A DNA stretch of 63,442 bases, counting the filler, from Intoshia linei (taxonomy: Eukaryota > Animalia > Orthonectida), in NCBI GenBank assembly GCA_001642005.1. It is 4 parts of 4 records of this genome, joined end to end, with 100 filler letters (N's around TTAATTAATTAA, not from the genome) between each part and the next. Parts side by side here need not be neighbours in the genome. Positions count along the whole stretch, not along the records: positions 1 to 20,063 come from LWCA01000701.1; positions 20,164 to 37,115 come from LWCA01000827.1; 2 more parts are not named here. The stretch is one strand, 5' to 3'. Of the stretch, positions 13,501 through 25,700 are shown piece by piece; position 1 is the first letter of the stretch, and every line of letters starts with the position of its first letter. The translations under genes were made by a program, and so were the position numbers. A model generated the notes under the pieces. That model saw only the letters and a program-made list of their open reading frames with translations. It ran no database searches and was not told the origin of the DNA.

Positions 13501-16500
13501 CTCTAATTTTAATTGTAAAGCAATAACCTTGAAAGAATCATTACATGTAATCATTTTTTAATTCGTTACTCGTTTTTTACGGATATTGAATAAAATTTGA
13601 GACCACCAACTCATCATTAATAATCGCTGATTAAGTGATTTAAAAATTTTTTTTGGAATCACTTTCTCCTACATTTATTATTGATAGTAAAAAAATGAGT
13701 ATGAATACGAGTATCTAAATTTCGGAGATTAAAACTTGGCTTAAACTATGATCCTTAAAAACCTGATTTAGAATTTGTGTTTTTTAAAATCATAGGATAG
13801 TTAATTTTTTTAGAAATTGGATCACAGTATATTTTTAATTCTAAAAAGTAAGGATTATATAATAATATCGTTTGAAAAAGAATTACATCCGACATTTTTT
13901 AATTATGTTTATTATTAAAAAATCTTAGAAATTGTACGAACAATTGTTAGATTTACTGAAAAAAGAAAAATTATTGAAAAAACTAGAAAATTTAAATAAA
14001 GAAATTATCCAAACTAAACATGATGTAAATGTAACAGATTCAAAAGAAAATGAAGATCTTCAAAGTTTTTTGGTAATTTTGGCACAAATATCAAGTTTTT
14101 ATAAATTTTTAATAAAAATTATAATAATGTAAAAATTTAATAATAACTCGAGTAAAGAAAAAAAATAAACTCTACATAGAGTACGTATCAACATAATATG
14201 TTATATTATCTGTACATTATCACTGAAAAGTGATAATGTGACTTTTAAAAATTTCCTAAATATGGTCACTTTGACTGAGTCGATTGTAAATAATGAATGC
14301 ATTTAGGATAAAACTGAAAGTATAAAACAAGAATTTACAAATCTATCTAAATCAAGTATAGAATGGAAAGATTTAGAAATCAAATATAATGAATCTAAGC
14401 AATTAATAAATGATTTAAATAATTCTGTGCAAAATCAAATTATGAAGAATAAATTTAATAAATTGCATATTTTTCGTGGTGAATTGATGAATATGAAAAA
14501 CAAAATGAATAACGATTTAAATAATGTTGAAATCAACAAACAATCATTCGATCAAACATATACAGACATTTCCACTATTGAAGTATGTCTTACTACATTT
14601 ATAATTTATTATTATGATACTCAAATATTTATATTTATGTAGATTGAAAAAGTAAAAATTAAACAAAAACTTTGCGAATATAATGAATTAGTCAGGAAAT
14701 TTGATGAAGAAAATATTTCAAATTTCAATAGTACCGATAGTACAAATCATGAATTTGTTATCAATGTAGAGTCAGATGATTTAGTTAAAATCGTTGATAC
14801 GTTTGTCCATGATACGAAATCAAATTTAGAAGAAAATGCTATTAAAATTAATCACTTTATCAAGTATTGTGGTGAATGTGAAGGAAAATTGAAAGATATT
14901 ATTAATAATTTTGTTAGTGAAGATACCGTTAATGCTTTACCAATCATTGAAAAAATTGAAACCATACTGGTAATATTTAATAATATATGTCTTAATAAAT
15001 AGTAGGGCAGATTAAGCGGACCACATTGTCAAAAATTTGATCCGGTTTTAGAAACTGGTCAATGTTGTTTTATCGATTTTTATGGGTGTAACTATAGATA
15101 GAATTAAAATTTATGATAATGATAAATTAAATAAATCCTTACTTATATAAAGTAATTTAGTTAAAAATGTATATCTGTTTATTTATCTGTTTGTTCCAGT
15201 TTATATAAGAAAGTAAGAGGTGCGGACTTTTAAAAATTCTATATTTATATTACAGTTTTTCGATGTGATGTTTTACTACAAATTTCATTTTCAGACATTG
15301 ATACTTTCAAGGTCAAAAACCAATTGTCTTTTTTTTAAATTGAAACGAGTCATACAATGCGCTACAAGTACATTAGCAACAAGAGAAGCACTAAGTTAGA
15401 TTTTGTGTAAAACATATAGCTGGAAACATGCGACCTCGGCCGATTTATCTGTTTGATTAATATATAAAATACATAACAGACAAGCTAGTACAATATAAAA
15501 TGAAAAAACATATGTTAGATTTTCAACGTGAATTTATTTTTTAAGTATAATAAAAATGTAACAGTCAATGTCAACCTAATGTTGTATAAAATTCAAGGAC
15601 TTTTTCATTTTGACAAAAAAGAGAAAGTTTGGGTTATAAAACTATGAAACTGAAATTTACCGTAATATTGATGATTTAAAATATTTAGCAGATTGTGTAT
15701 TTTTTATAATTCTAAAATTTTTTTAACTTTTAGGAATTTAAAAAAAAAAGATAATTAGAGTTGGAGACCTTGAAGGACTCAATTTCTGAATGTCAAATTT
15801 GAGATGAAACATTAACTTTGAAAAACTAAATAAACATATAAATTGATATACATTTTCAACTAAATTACTATATATAAGTAAGGATTTATCAAATCAATAT
15901 TTTAAATAATTAAAATTATTTAATATTTAAAATTTATTATTATTTATTTACATTATTATATTATTTTTAATAAATAATATTAAATTATTAGATTTTAAGA
16001 GAAAATGTAAAGGATTTCCAAAATTATGTGAAAAAATTGAAAAAAGATTACGATAATCTACAAACAACGATATGGAAAGGAAATTTACTAGAATGCAAAT
16101 CAAAATTAGAAAATGTAGCGTCATCAACCATTGAAAATGATTTTAATGAAGTATATTTTTATCTACATGTCTATATTCGTCAATACCTCAGTTAAGATTG
16201 TTTTTTGATACCTAATAATTTTGTACTACTTTTAATCATTATACCTTACAAAAAAATCAAAAATTGGTAAATTGATCCAGTTCTTTTGTAAAAATGAACA
16301 ATCCACAATTTCAATTAACGGTAAATTTCCAAATTTTTTACCGTAAATTCTGATTTATGAAAGAGATATAATATTAACGCCGAAAATTTTATCTTTCACT
16401 ATAAATTGCGTCAGTATGTGAAAAATTTAAAACAATTTTATGGTTAATCCGTCTAAACCGAGGTCATATAATACATATCATATAATACCTATATTTTGAA

Positions 16501-17985
16501 TAATTGTTTTTATTAGTTACTAATTTCATCACACACAACATTAAATCAAGATATATTAAGCCGAGTAGAAGAATATTTAACAAAAAATTTACACATCAAA
16601 AAAGAACTAATAAACGATAATTACAAGGATAGCTTCAAATTTGAGGTAAATTTTTGTAATTATTATTTTATGAATAATTTAGGACGAATATCAAAATCTG
16701 GAAAATTTTTATAAGGACATGCTAGTTAAATATGAGGAAATGCGTTCATTGGAAACGAAATGTACATATTTAAACGACGATAAAATTGAACATGGAGTTG
16801 ATAATATGGTTGAATCGAAAATAAAAGAAATTTCTCAGATGCATGCGACACTTAACTGTGATATAATTGAGTACCAGCAAAAATTGAATAAATATATTAC
16901 TGAAAATTCAAACGTATTAACAGAAATGAACAATATAAATAATGAAATTGAAGAAAGTTTAAAAAAAATTGAAGAAAAACCAATAAATTTACAAGATATT
17001 TCTGATGTTTATAACGACGCTAATTTTTTAAAGGTATTTAAAGTGTTTTTATTTTTTTGTTAATAATAAATTTAGACTATGGAATCTAAAATAAATAATA
17101 CGTTTGATAAGTTGTCGCAATTGCAAACTTTAACCTTAACTGATAAAAATAAATTGAAATGTGAAAATTTAAAAAAAAAGACCAAATTAATCTCTGAAAG
17201 TATCCAACTAAAAATGCAGAAATCTCTTGATAATATAAAGTTGTTGGAAAATTACAATATTCTTTTTGAAAATGTAAAAAACCTGTACAGAACTGTTAAG
17301 TTGCAAGTCGAAGACTTGAAAAATGTAGATTTTGTTAACTATAAAGAAATTCAAATGGAACTTTTGGTAATTTTATTAATGATTAGAGGAATTTTAAAAA
17401 AATTTCATTGCATCCGGGTATGACCTAAAATAGTAAATAATATTAATATTTAGACAAGTAAAGAAAAAATTAATGTACATTCAGGAGATATAACAAATTT
17501 GATTTATAAATACCAAGAAATTATAAAACAAAATTTAATAAATATCAGTGTGGATTCAGACGAAATAATTTCCAATTTTTCAAATTTAAAGAATCAAATT
17601 GACGTATGTTAAACTTTGATTGATATAATTTTATATTTAGACGAAATTACGAATTTGCGAAAAAATTAACGAAATGGTTGATCAATTTGAAGAAATTAAA
17701 ATGTCATTGAAGAATATTTACATTGATGCATCTATTGATGATTATGTTAATTTAGAGAATGTAAATAACCTTTTAGAATCCTTAAATTTAAAACAATCAA
17801 ATTTACATGAAATGTTAAATCAGATGATTGAAATTAAAGAACTGGAAAAAATTGTTAAAATGATTTCACAGTCATTAAACAACCAAGAAGATTTTATAAA
17901 TGATTCCTTGTATGAAATGTATTTTACAGAAACTCAAATAGAAGATAAAATTCAATCTTTAATTAATAAGACTACGCGAGAAATG
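1561..17985 (+). CDS. SYNE1: Nesprin-1/MSP-300-like protein (second calponin-homology domain + spectrin-like helical rod), partial, multi-exon
   Basis: Phase-consistent GT-AG exons: 1561-1643, 5628-5815, 6472-6566, 6950-7254, 7668-7788, 7875-8159, 9775-9868, 10599-10810, 11154-11477, 12413-12733, 13409-13546, 13929-14072, 14307-14582, 14643-14969, 15992-16150, 16517-16645, 16683-17033, 17076-17366, 17454-17603, 17641-17985. The spliced CH2 reads SYKKNLLNYFNNILNR|NGIEIKDFGPSWRDGLAF...LNIPPLLDPN|DIDVDKPEERSIMSYL. DFGxSWR is typical of the nesprin/calmin/MSP-300 group. A long heptad-rich rod with spectrin-type W residues follows. CH1 and KASH were not found in the window, so orthology is tentative. 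Confidence 0.8.
2993..3670 (+). CDS. Orphan 225-aa ORF inside a nesprin-like intron (nested gene or alternative first exon)
   Basis: ATG-initiated 678-bp ORF, very long for such AT-rich DNA. It lies in the 1644-5627 intron. No recognisable domain. Confidence 0.5.
   Translation: MGKNMDKSDKSKKEKILNYAINEIYTLKKAVRQKRNGNSKHFEKSEKLESFISTCNATNQSKKIQNHVETWINTLPKNCIYNTFDCLSHDANLTIGRDTNDINERNYLKFAKIEPIEQIKTSNDSAISNYFDSNSTLNKNEIGMNTFDYILSNTWMYQYDSKIKSNTTMYNDTINDSFFQSYQQVSYTSFTHTQFWKPSFFCKSNLIWWKNLIYFIRKYFFLKFH
3680..4230 (-). mobile_element. Non-autonomous Helitron fragment (internal ~133-bp tandem units)
   Basis: TTTTGA(T/C)CGTGAAG-type motif recurs at about 3726, 3856, 3990 and 4126. Homologous to 4880-5300 and 30050-30350. 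Termini not clear. Confidence 0.7.
4283..5411 (-). mobile_element. Non-autonomous Helitron, both termini
   Basis: Minus-strand 5' end A|TCCTTTACTTA at 5411. The 3' end is CTAA|T at 4283, preceded by the imperfect hairpin CTGTTGTGTAgttcgTACAAACAG (4292-4315). Confidence 0.8.
8480..9436 (-). mobile_element. Non-autonomous Helitron, 5' end intact, 3' end not found
   Basis: Ends ATATAAGTAAGGA|T at 9436 with a (CA)n/CAAA microsatellite next to it. Collinear with 29560-30439. Internal ~30-bp duplication near 9042-9105. Confidence 0.8.
10021..10503. mobile_element. MITE with TGTACATTAGGGTGTCA termini
   Basis: Left end TGTACATTAGGGTGTCA; right end TGACACCCCACTGCACA (imperfect inverted repeat). The first ~115 bp recur at 23624-23740. 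Confidence 0.6.
11680..11865. repeat. ~40-bp minisatellite (TTTTTTGAACCAAAATTTCAAGGGGG...)
   Basis: About five tandem units. The reverse-complement array is at 44480-44705. Confidence 0.8.
15136..15488 (+). mobile_element. Short complete non-autonomous Helitron (353 bp)
   Basis: A|TCCTTACTTATATAA start, TCTGTTT microsatellite, one internal unit, and end ...CCTCGGC...AACAGACAAGCTAG|T. Confidence 0.8.
15580..15884 (-). mobile_element. Helitron 5' portion, converging on the 15136 copy
   Basis: Ends ATATAAGTAAGGA|T at 15884 and contains two internal units (GACCTTGAAGGACTCAATTTCTGA). Confidence 0.7.
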
Positions 17986-18184
17986 GTAATATCATTTTGT
18001 TTTCAACTGGCTATATTTCAATTTAATTTACAAATTCTTCAAAGCTATTGTCAATTTGGGTTTTGAATATATCATTTTTTGAGGTTGGTATTTATGACAA
18101 TGCTCATGATTTAAAAATATATATCATAATTTTTATTTTTTTAATTAAAATTATAAAATTATAAAAATTTTAATTATAATGGTA

Positions 18185-19510
18185 CTAGTTTGACTGTTAT
18201 ATACTTCATACAAACAATAGCTAGCTCTGCCGTGGGTTGAATTTTTAATTTATTATAATTTATAATGTTGCATTGACAATTTTTAAAAGTGAGAAATGGA
18301 AATGCGTAACAATAATTAAAAAACAGAAGGAATTGATTTATGAGTTTGAAACCAATATTTCTGATTTAAAATTATTTATATGCTCAATTCCTACTTTTTT
18401 TGAAATTATACTTTAACTCAATTATAGGATGATTATTTACATCAGTGGTTCTCAAGGGGGTCCATGTGGACCCCTTAGTGGTCCACAGTAAATATTTGGA
18501 GGTCCACACAAGAAATTACACATCTAGGGGTCCACAGATAAATTTTGGGGCAACAAAAAAAATCCATCATTAGAGTATTTTACAAAACTATGTGACAATT
18601 TTAAATCGATTAAAATGAACAATATCTTCAATAATAAATTTATCAAAAAAGATAAAGGTTTAACAGCTTCTTATAAAATTTCAAAAATTATAACAAAAGC
18701 TTGTAAACCTTACACATTGGGAGAAACTGTAATTTTACCAGCTATTTATGTAGATAAAATTTATCAGGGGGGTCGTGACAATTTGAACACAGTATAAAAT
18801 ATAAATAAAACTGAATATGCTTTTTTAATATTTTCATTTATGTGAATTTATAAAATTTTTGGAGTATATAGAAAATTTTTTATGTTTATAAAAAGTCGCG
18901 AACACAAAAAAATTGAAAACCACTGGTCTACACCTTTTACGATTCAAATTTGCGTTCGTTTTATTATATTGTCAAAATTTTAACTGAAGGGTTAACAAGA
19001 AGTGTACTTTAAAACAGTTGTATAAAAACTATCTTCAATCGAAAAAACTATGGTCAAAAATTTTATAAAACAATACAAGCATCGATTTATAAGGTAGCGT
19101 AGGACTAAGATTTTTTTATAATAGGGGTCCACGAAAAATATATAATAGCTAAAGGCTCCATGTACTGAAAAACGTTGAGAACCACTGATTTACATTATCA
19201 TTTTAATTTTAATTCAAAATTTGAAAAATATTCAATTTTCCCTTTTTTTAAAAAATAATCAATCCAAAAATTTAATAAAACATACATTCTAGGACGCGTT
19301 TTAAAATCATAAATATTGCCATACATGGAAACCTCAAAAAAAATAATTTTTATTATCAAAACCTCACATTACCATTTTTTTTCAAAATGAAAACAGCCAT
19401 AAAATTTAAAAAAAATTACAGATGGTATATTTGTATCCTATTTTGACACACAAAAAATTTGATTCTGAATAAGTGATGTCTTCAAGGTCAAAAAAGTACT
19501 TTAATATTAA
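18185..19510 (-). mobile_element. Rearranged Helitron copy interrupted by a hAT element
   Basis: A|CTAG plus hairpin motif at 18185-18235. The sequence matching 4540-4720 is split by the 18443-19187 insertion. The 19240-19510 units are in the opposite orientation. Confidence 0.6.
18443..19187 (+). mobile_element. Internally deleted hAT (Buster/ZBED5-SCAND3-like) DNA transposon
   Basis: TIRs CAGTGGTTCTCAA / TTGAGAACCACTG and a perfect 8-bp TSD ATTTACAT (18435-18442, 19188-19195). The internal ORF fragment ASYKISKIITKACKPYTLGETVILPA matches the Buster-clade motif ASY.VA..IAK..KP+TIGE.LI.PA. Confidence 0.92.
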
Positions 19511-20063
19511 TTTTTTTGTATCATAAATTATTATAATGCATAAAAGTATTAGTTTAAACATTTTTTGCTAGTTTATTAAGGATTACAATATTAAGGAACC
19601 CATGATAAATTATTTTATAAAGGCGATAATCTATAAAAAAATTATACATTTCCTGAACCGGTACACTTTCTGGAGTATTTTAAAAAAAAAATAAAAAAAT
19701 TCTTAGTTGGCTTTATTTTTAAATGCAAGAAATGTAAATTTTATGTAAAATTGGAAATTTCAATGCAAAAAATTATTTAAATTTTCATTTTGTTAACATT
19801 TTATACTAAATATAATTTTTTATTTACTGTTAAATTTTAAATTTAAAGCTTTTGATAGAAACCTTATTAAAATTTAAATTTTCAAATTCGAAATTCAAAA
19901 AACTATTCATCCCATTTTTTTGCACATTCTTGTATTTTTATCTGTTTATAAACATGTCCAGACGTGTGTGTACACATGAGGATTATAGAAAAAGGATATG
20001 TATACTATACTTCAGTAAAACTAAAAAAATGGAGTTGTGTTATCAGAATGTATGGGATTTAAT

Positions 20064-20163
20064 NNNNNNNNNNNNNNNNNNNNNNNNNNNNNNNNNNNNN
20101 NNNNNNNTTAATTAATTAANNNNNNNNNNNNNNNNNNNNNNNNNNNNNNNNNNNNNNNNNNNN
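20064..20163. other. Artificial scaffold spacer
   Basis: 44 N + TTAATTAATTAA (stops in all six frames) + 44 N. Confidence 0.97.
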
Positions 20164-20382
20164 TAATAGAGATGAAATATTCATGAAAATTAATGTTAAT
20201 AAACCAAAAAATAATATGAATCAGTTGGACCTATGTTTATTGCGCGCACTGTAAGTATTTTTGGCTTTATATTTAACACTAAATAAACTAAAATTGATAG
20301 TACGTATTTTTTCTGGTCACTTTAATTAACTTATATTTAATTTTTTAACAATAATAAAATAATAACAAAATTTTGTAGATAA
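20164..20382 (+). CDS. Possible terminal exons of an unidentified gene truncated by the gap
   Basis: Open frame NRDEIFMKINVNKPKNNMNQLDLCLLRAL ends at a consensus GTAAGT donor (20251). The TTTTGTAG acceptor at 20378 would give an immediate TAA. Confidence 0.3.
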
Positions 20383-21067
20383 AGATTTACCAATCAGCCT
20401 ATATGACTACACCGAGATACGAAATTTTTGTAGAATAGCGTAGTCATTTTTCCAAATTGAGTTAATTTCATTGTTTTATACTAATTATTTTTTGTTAATT
20501 TTAAAATATCAAGAGGTTAGAGAGATAAGGGTTATATAACACTACGCATCGTAGAAATTATTTGTTTACTATTTAACAAAACTACAAAATAGTTGAATTT
20601 AAATATTATTTTTTTGAGGTTAAAAAATGTTATCTTCGACACTGAATGTATTAACTTTTACAGACAAAATTGGACAAAAACAATATAAATAGTTATAAAT
20701 AAATAATGCACATTACACACAGTGTATATAGGCTTTTAAAATTGTACAGTATTGAAATGTTAAATAAAAATAAACATCAATCGTGTTTAGACCAAAATTT
20801 AAATAATCAAGGGTTTAAATTGTATCAAAAATACCTCTTACAATCTATTAAGCCGGCTATACAGGTATTTCAAATGTACTTAATAATTTCTATCACTCAT
20901 ACAATTTTTAATAATATCAAATTATTTAGTCATCCAGTCTTGTGCTTTTAAAGAAAACAACCACACAAATTTATATACAGACCAGCTCTAAAGTAAAAAT
21001 ATTCACATATTTTAATCAAAAGTATATGTAACGACATTACATATTATTATGTATCCTTAGTAAGGAT

Positions 21068-21850
21068 TCCTTACTTATATAATATGCATTGTTTGTCTGT
21101 GGGTGTGTGTGTTATAGTTTAATTCAATGACTACCAGTCGTAGAATTTATAAAGTCCACATTTTAATTACAGTTTTTACCGGTGTGTTAGCAAAAAAATT
21201 TCAAACACCCAAACTCATATTTTACGGGTCAAAAAGCCCAAATGTCTTTTTTTTGAAAATCAAACGAGTCCGAGAATTTAAATAAATATATACTCTGATA
21301 CGGATTTTAAAATCATAAATATTATCATAAATTTAAATTTAAAAAAATATATCTTCAGAGCAAAAACTACAAATGACCCATTTTTTTTAATGAAAATAGC
21401 CCTAGAATTTAAAACAATTTACAGGTGGTACAGTTGTATCCTGTTAACATACAAAAAAAATTTCAATCTCAATAAATGACGTCTTCACAGTCAAAAAAGC
21501 ATTTTAGTATTCATATATTTTTTTTCCGTAATATATTATTAAAACAAAAAAGTCAAATAATTAACAGTTCCACAATTAAAAAAACAGATTATTCTCATAA
21601 AGCTTATGTCAGTTGATATAAATACAAAATTTGACCACCAGAAATCTATGCATTCCCGGTGAAAAATAATTTTGAATATATTATCAACCCATATTTTTCA
21701 AATATTTCGATTAAAATATAAATGTAAATATTGATCCTACAATTTTAAAAAAAATGTGTATTGAACGTCTACACATTTCCAATAAAGAAATATGGGTGAA
21801 ATCTATATAATTCATTCCTACGGAATTTTATTTATTGCTACATTTTTTAC
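21068..21850 (+). mobile_element. Non-autonomous Helitron, 5' portion
   Basis: Starts TCCTTACTTATATAAT...GTTTGTCTGTGGGTGTGTGT. Reverse complement of 8660-9436. Confidence 0.85.
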
Positions 21851-22710
21851 AATTTTGTATTATTTATATTTATGTTATTTATATTATATTTATTTAGCAT
21901 ATCTACAAAATACAAAAAAGACTAAATAAATTACATTTGTGATGTTTTTATTTTGTTGAATTTTTAATAAAAATATATAATATTTTTTTTATTCATAGCA
22001 AACTTACCTGGTCTATTTTGTACTTCATACCAAAAATAGCTAGCTCAGACGAGGGCTAACGTGTAATCTTAAAGTAAAAAAAAATGGAATATTTAATATA
22101 TAAAAACAACCAGAGCCGAACTTACCAAACTGAAGGCCAGCGTATATGAAAATTAGACCCTTAACAATTTTTTTCGCAAGCCTCGCGTAGTGTCATAGTT
22201 CCTATACTAGTACTATATAAATATATATTAACGGCGAATAACGGAGGTTTTACTGTATTATTATAAATATTTAAGAATTTTTTGAATTTCTTCATAAATG
22301 AGAATATGAATACAAAATTTTATGTAAATACTTGTCATATTTATGTGACAAAAAGTAAAAATATTTAAAATATATAATGGTGCAAGGTAATTTGACAAAT
22401 TATGTTAAATTATATAATTTAATTAATGAATTTATTGAAATGGATACTAAATAAGTAATGAAAAGATTGTAAATTATAAATACATGAATGAGATACGAAA
22501 ATGAAATATATTTGTTTTGCCAATTGCTATACTAATGTATAATATGCGTTTATTTTTTGCATGCATGTTTAATGTTGTTTATGGTAGCTATTGACTACAA
22601 TTACCGAAAAGTTATCAGTTTTCAAAAATTTATTATAATTTACTAAATTTTTGTATATATAAATTACTTTCTAAATTTATTAATATTATACTGTATTTTA
22701 TAATAACAAA

Positions 22711-25700
22711 ATGAATCACACTGAATTTGACGTTATGTTGGCAGAACTGAAACCTTATATTCAAAGAATGGATAACCCGTCTGGTATTTTTTAATTTTAT
22801 TATTGCAATTCTTTTTGATGTCTTTTTATTTATTGTTGTACAGTGTTAATATGAAAAATTTAGAAAAACGTGTATACACAAATAAGCTCAAATCCATGCT
22901 CAGCACAATAAATAACGATTCCAGTACAATGTAATAATGAATAAAAATAAATTTGAATTGGAATTTTTTATTCCGTTAAACAAAAATATCCTTAATTTAT
23001 ATATAGACCATTAATTTTATCTAAATGTCACGACATGTTGTCGAATTTAAAACAAAAATTAATTAATCCAAGATTCAATGAATACAATTTCAATACAAAT
23101 TATGTAATAAGTCTACTAATAGTAGATAATTATTCTAATTAGATATCAACACCAAATTGGCTCAGTGATGACGATGATATAGATACAAACCTCTCTTTCA
23201 AACATCCTTTATTGGTTTTTATTTTAATTGATTTAAGTATTTTTGAGCCTTAAAATTGAATTTTTTGGGGTACCAATAAATAATATTAATAAAAAATAAA
23301 ATATTCATTAATAGTGAGATATAAGTGGTATTTTTGAAATAATAATGTAGTGGTCGTCTAGGCTTTGGGTAAAATCCCAACATCTGCCAACTGTGCAATA
23401 ATTTACTTTCCAAAAATGAAGTTTTGGGCTTTTTTTAATTTTGCTGGTAATAAAACCAATAATGCTGGTAACACCTTTGGTTATAACTTATACAATTGTA
23501 ATTTATAACTGGTTCTGTATTAATTTTAATTCAGAATAAAAATTTAATGAATTTACAATTAAGAAATGGACACATAGAAGATGGTATTTTATTTTATTAT
23601 TATTTATTTTATATACATCTCTATGTACATTACGGTGTCATATTTTTTCGAAAATTTTGGAATTCGATGAACAATTAGCACTAAAATTGTGTATTTTTAA
23701 AATAAAAAAACTAATTCGTAATCAAGAACATTTAACGCTATTTATTCAAGTTGCGTTTGTCATTTTAAATATCACATTAAAAATATTATGGATCAATTAA
23801 AACTTAACTTTATTTTAACGGAAATTGGCGTTTGAACTGTTAAACGTGGTACCGACTTTATAATATTGTTCTCCATGTTTAGTTATACAGAATATGTTTT
23901 TAAATTTGTTTCTAGCTCAATTTTTGGTATTTTATTAACGATTTAATTTCTTAAATTTTGGCAATTTACATTATTTAAATTGTATTCTATACATAATATT
24001 CATTGCATATAATTTAGCAAAAATCTAAAAAATTGAGCTAGAAACAAATTTAAAAAAATTTTTAAAGATATTTTTAAAATGTAATACAATAACTCGTTGG
24101 CTTGCAGGATTAACTTTTTATATAAAAATTCTTGAACACACTTAATATATATAGTATATACTAAATATATTCAATATTTTAGATTTTCATGCATTAAACC
24201 TTTCTTCAGAAAATAGACTGGTATATTATTACATTAATTTAAATCAGTGGTTCCAAACTGGGCCATATGGCCCCCAGGCCAAGAGAAATGAAAAGTGAGA
24301 ATCTATCAGGAGACGATTGAGAAAAACGAACGATATTTGAGAATTATTAAGTTTATTTATTATTTTTCATTTAATTAAAGTGTAAATTAAATGATTATTT
24401 ACTACTTAATTTACAAAATAAGTTTTGGAACCACTAATTTAAATAATCAAATTGTTAGCTTAGTGAAAAAATATATGATACAATTATAGAGTGATTGTGA
24501 ATTTTCTATTAGCAAAGTAAATGTAAATTAGTGATGCGACGATTCCTAAATGTTAATAAATCGGAACAATTTAGATTCCAATTCAAAATAAAGCCATTCT
24601 CAATTCCTAGAAATCGTCGAATCACCAATTCAGAGCATATAATTAACCTGACGTTTATGATAGTAATTATTTTTGTTAAATTACTTTCATATACCCCTCC
24701 AGACGGCTAAGTGAGGGATATTGATATTACCACTTCTTTCATAGCAAAAAAACACTGTTAAGTTTTGTTTATCCATAATTAACCAATCATTTACTATATA
24801 AACCTATTATGATTACATCGAAATGAATACTCATTTTATTCGCCATAAATGTAAAGGTTTACAATCGAATCAAATTAATTTTAGACCACCCAATCTTAGT
24901 ATTATTATTATCCAATTATTAGAAAAACCACACTAAAATGATATGTATGTAATCTACACATTTCATTTGTATTTAGATGAAGGAGAGGATAAGCATAATT
25001 GAAGATGCTCATCAAAAGTTTACTGAAGAATTAAAATCAAAACATGAAACATCATTAGCCGAAGTAAATTTCTATAATTATAATATACAAAATTGACATT
25101 AGTGTTTCAATTTTACCGGTAATAACTTTTTTTAAGATAAATTAAATCATCTTTAAATAGAATAAGGTATAATGAACAATTTAATTACTCTTACGATGAA
25201 TAATTAATTAACTCTTTGAGGATAATATCAATAAATTATAAAATCGCAAAAAGCCTATGCGATAGTTAATTACACTATAAAACACTTAAAAAAAGAGCAA
25301 AACAAAATATATATTATTAAAATCTACAAAAAATTTGGTGAAGAATTGTAGAATTTTTAAAGGACACTTAATTAATGAAATAATTACCGGTAGATCTCGA
25401 AAAAATAATTATCGGTAATAATTTACCGATATTGAAACATTAATTGACATTACATTAATTTATTGTAAAATTATCTACGCTGAATCACTATAAACTAAAA
25501 TATACATGTTACCACAATAGAGGCGAACATATGAAACTCGAAACTCCTAAACAATTTCGAAAACGTTGTGTAGTGCCATATAGCTCTTAGTCACTTATGA
25601 AATGGTTTTCCTTGATATTTTACATTTAGCATTCAAAATAGTAGCATAATAATCATACAATTTAATAGTATTATTTTTTTAAATGGTCAATTTGGAAAAT

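Noticed and set aside
20108-20119. TTAATTAATTAA palindrome recurring three times
   Set aside because: Always centred in exactly 44+44 Ns, so it is an assembly linker, not biology.
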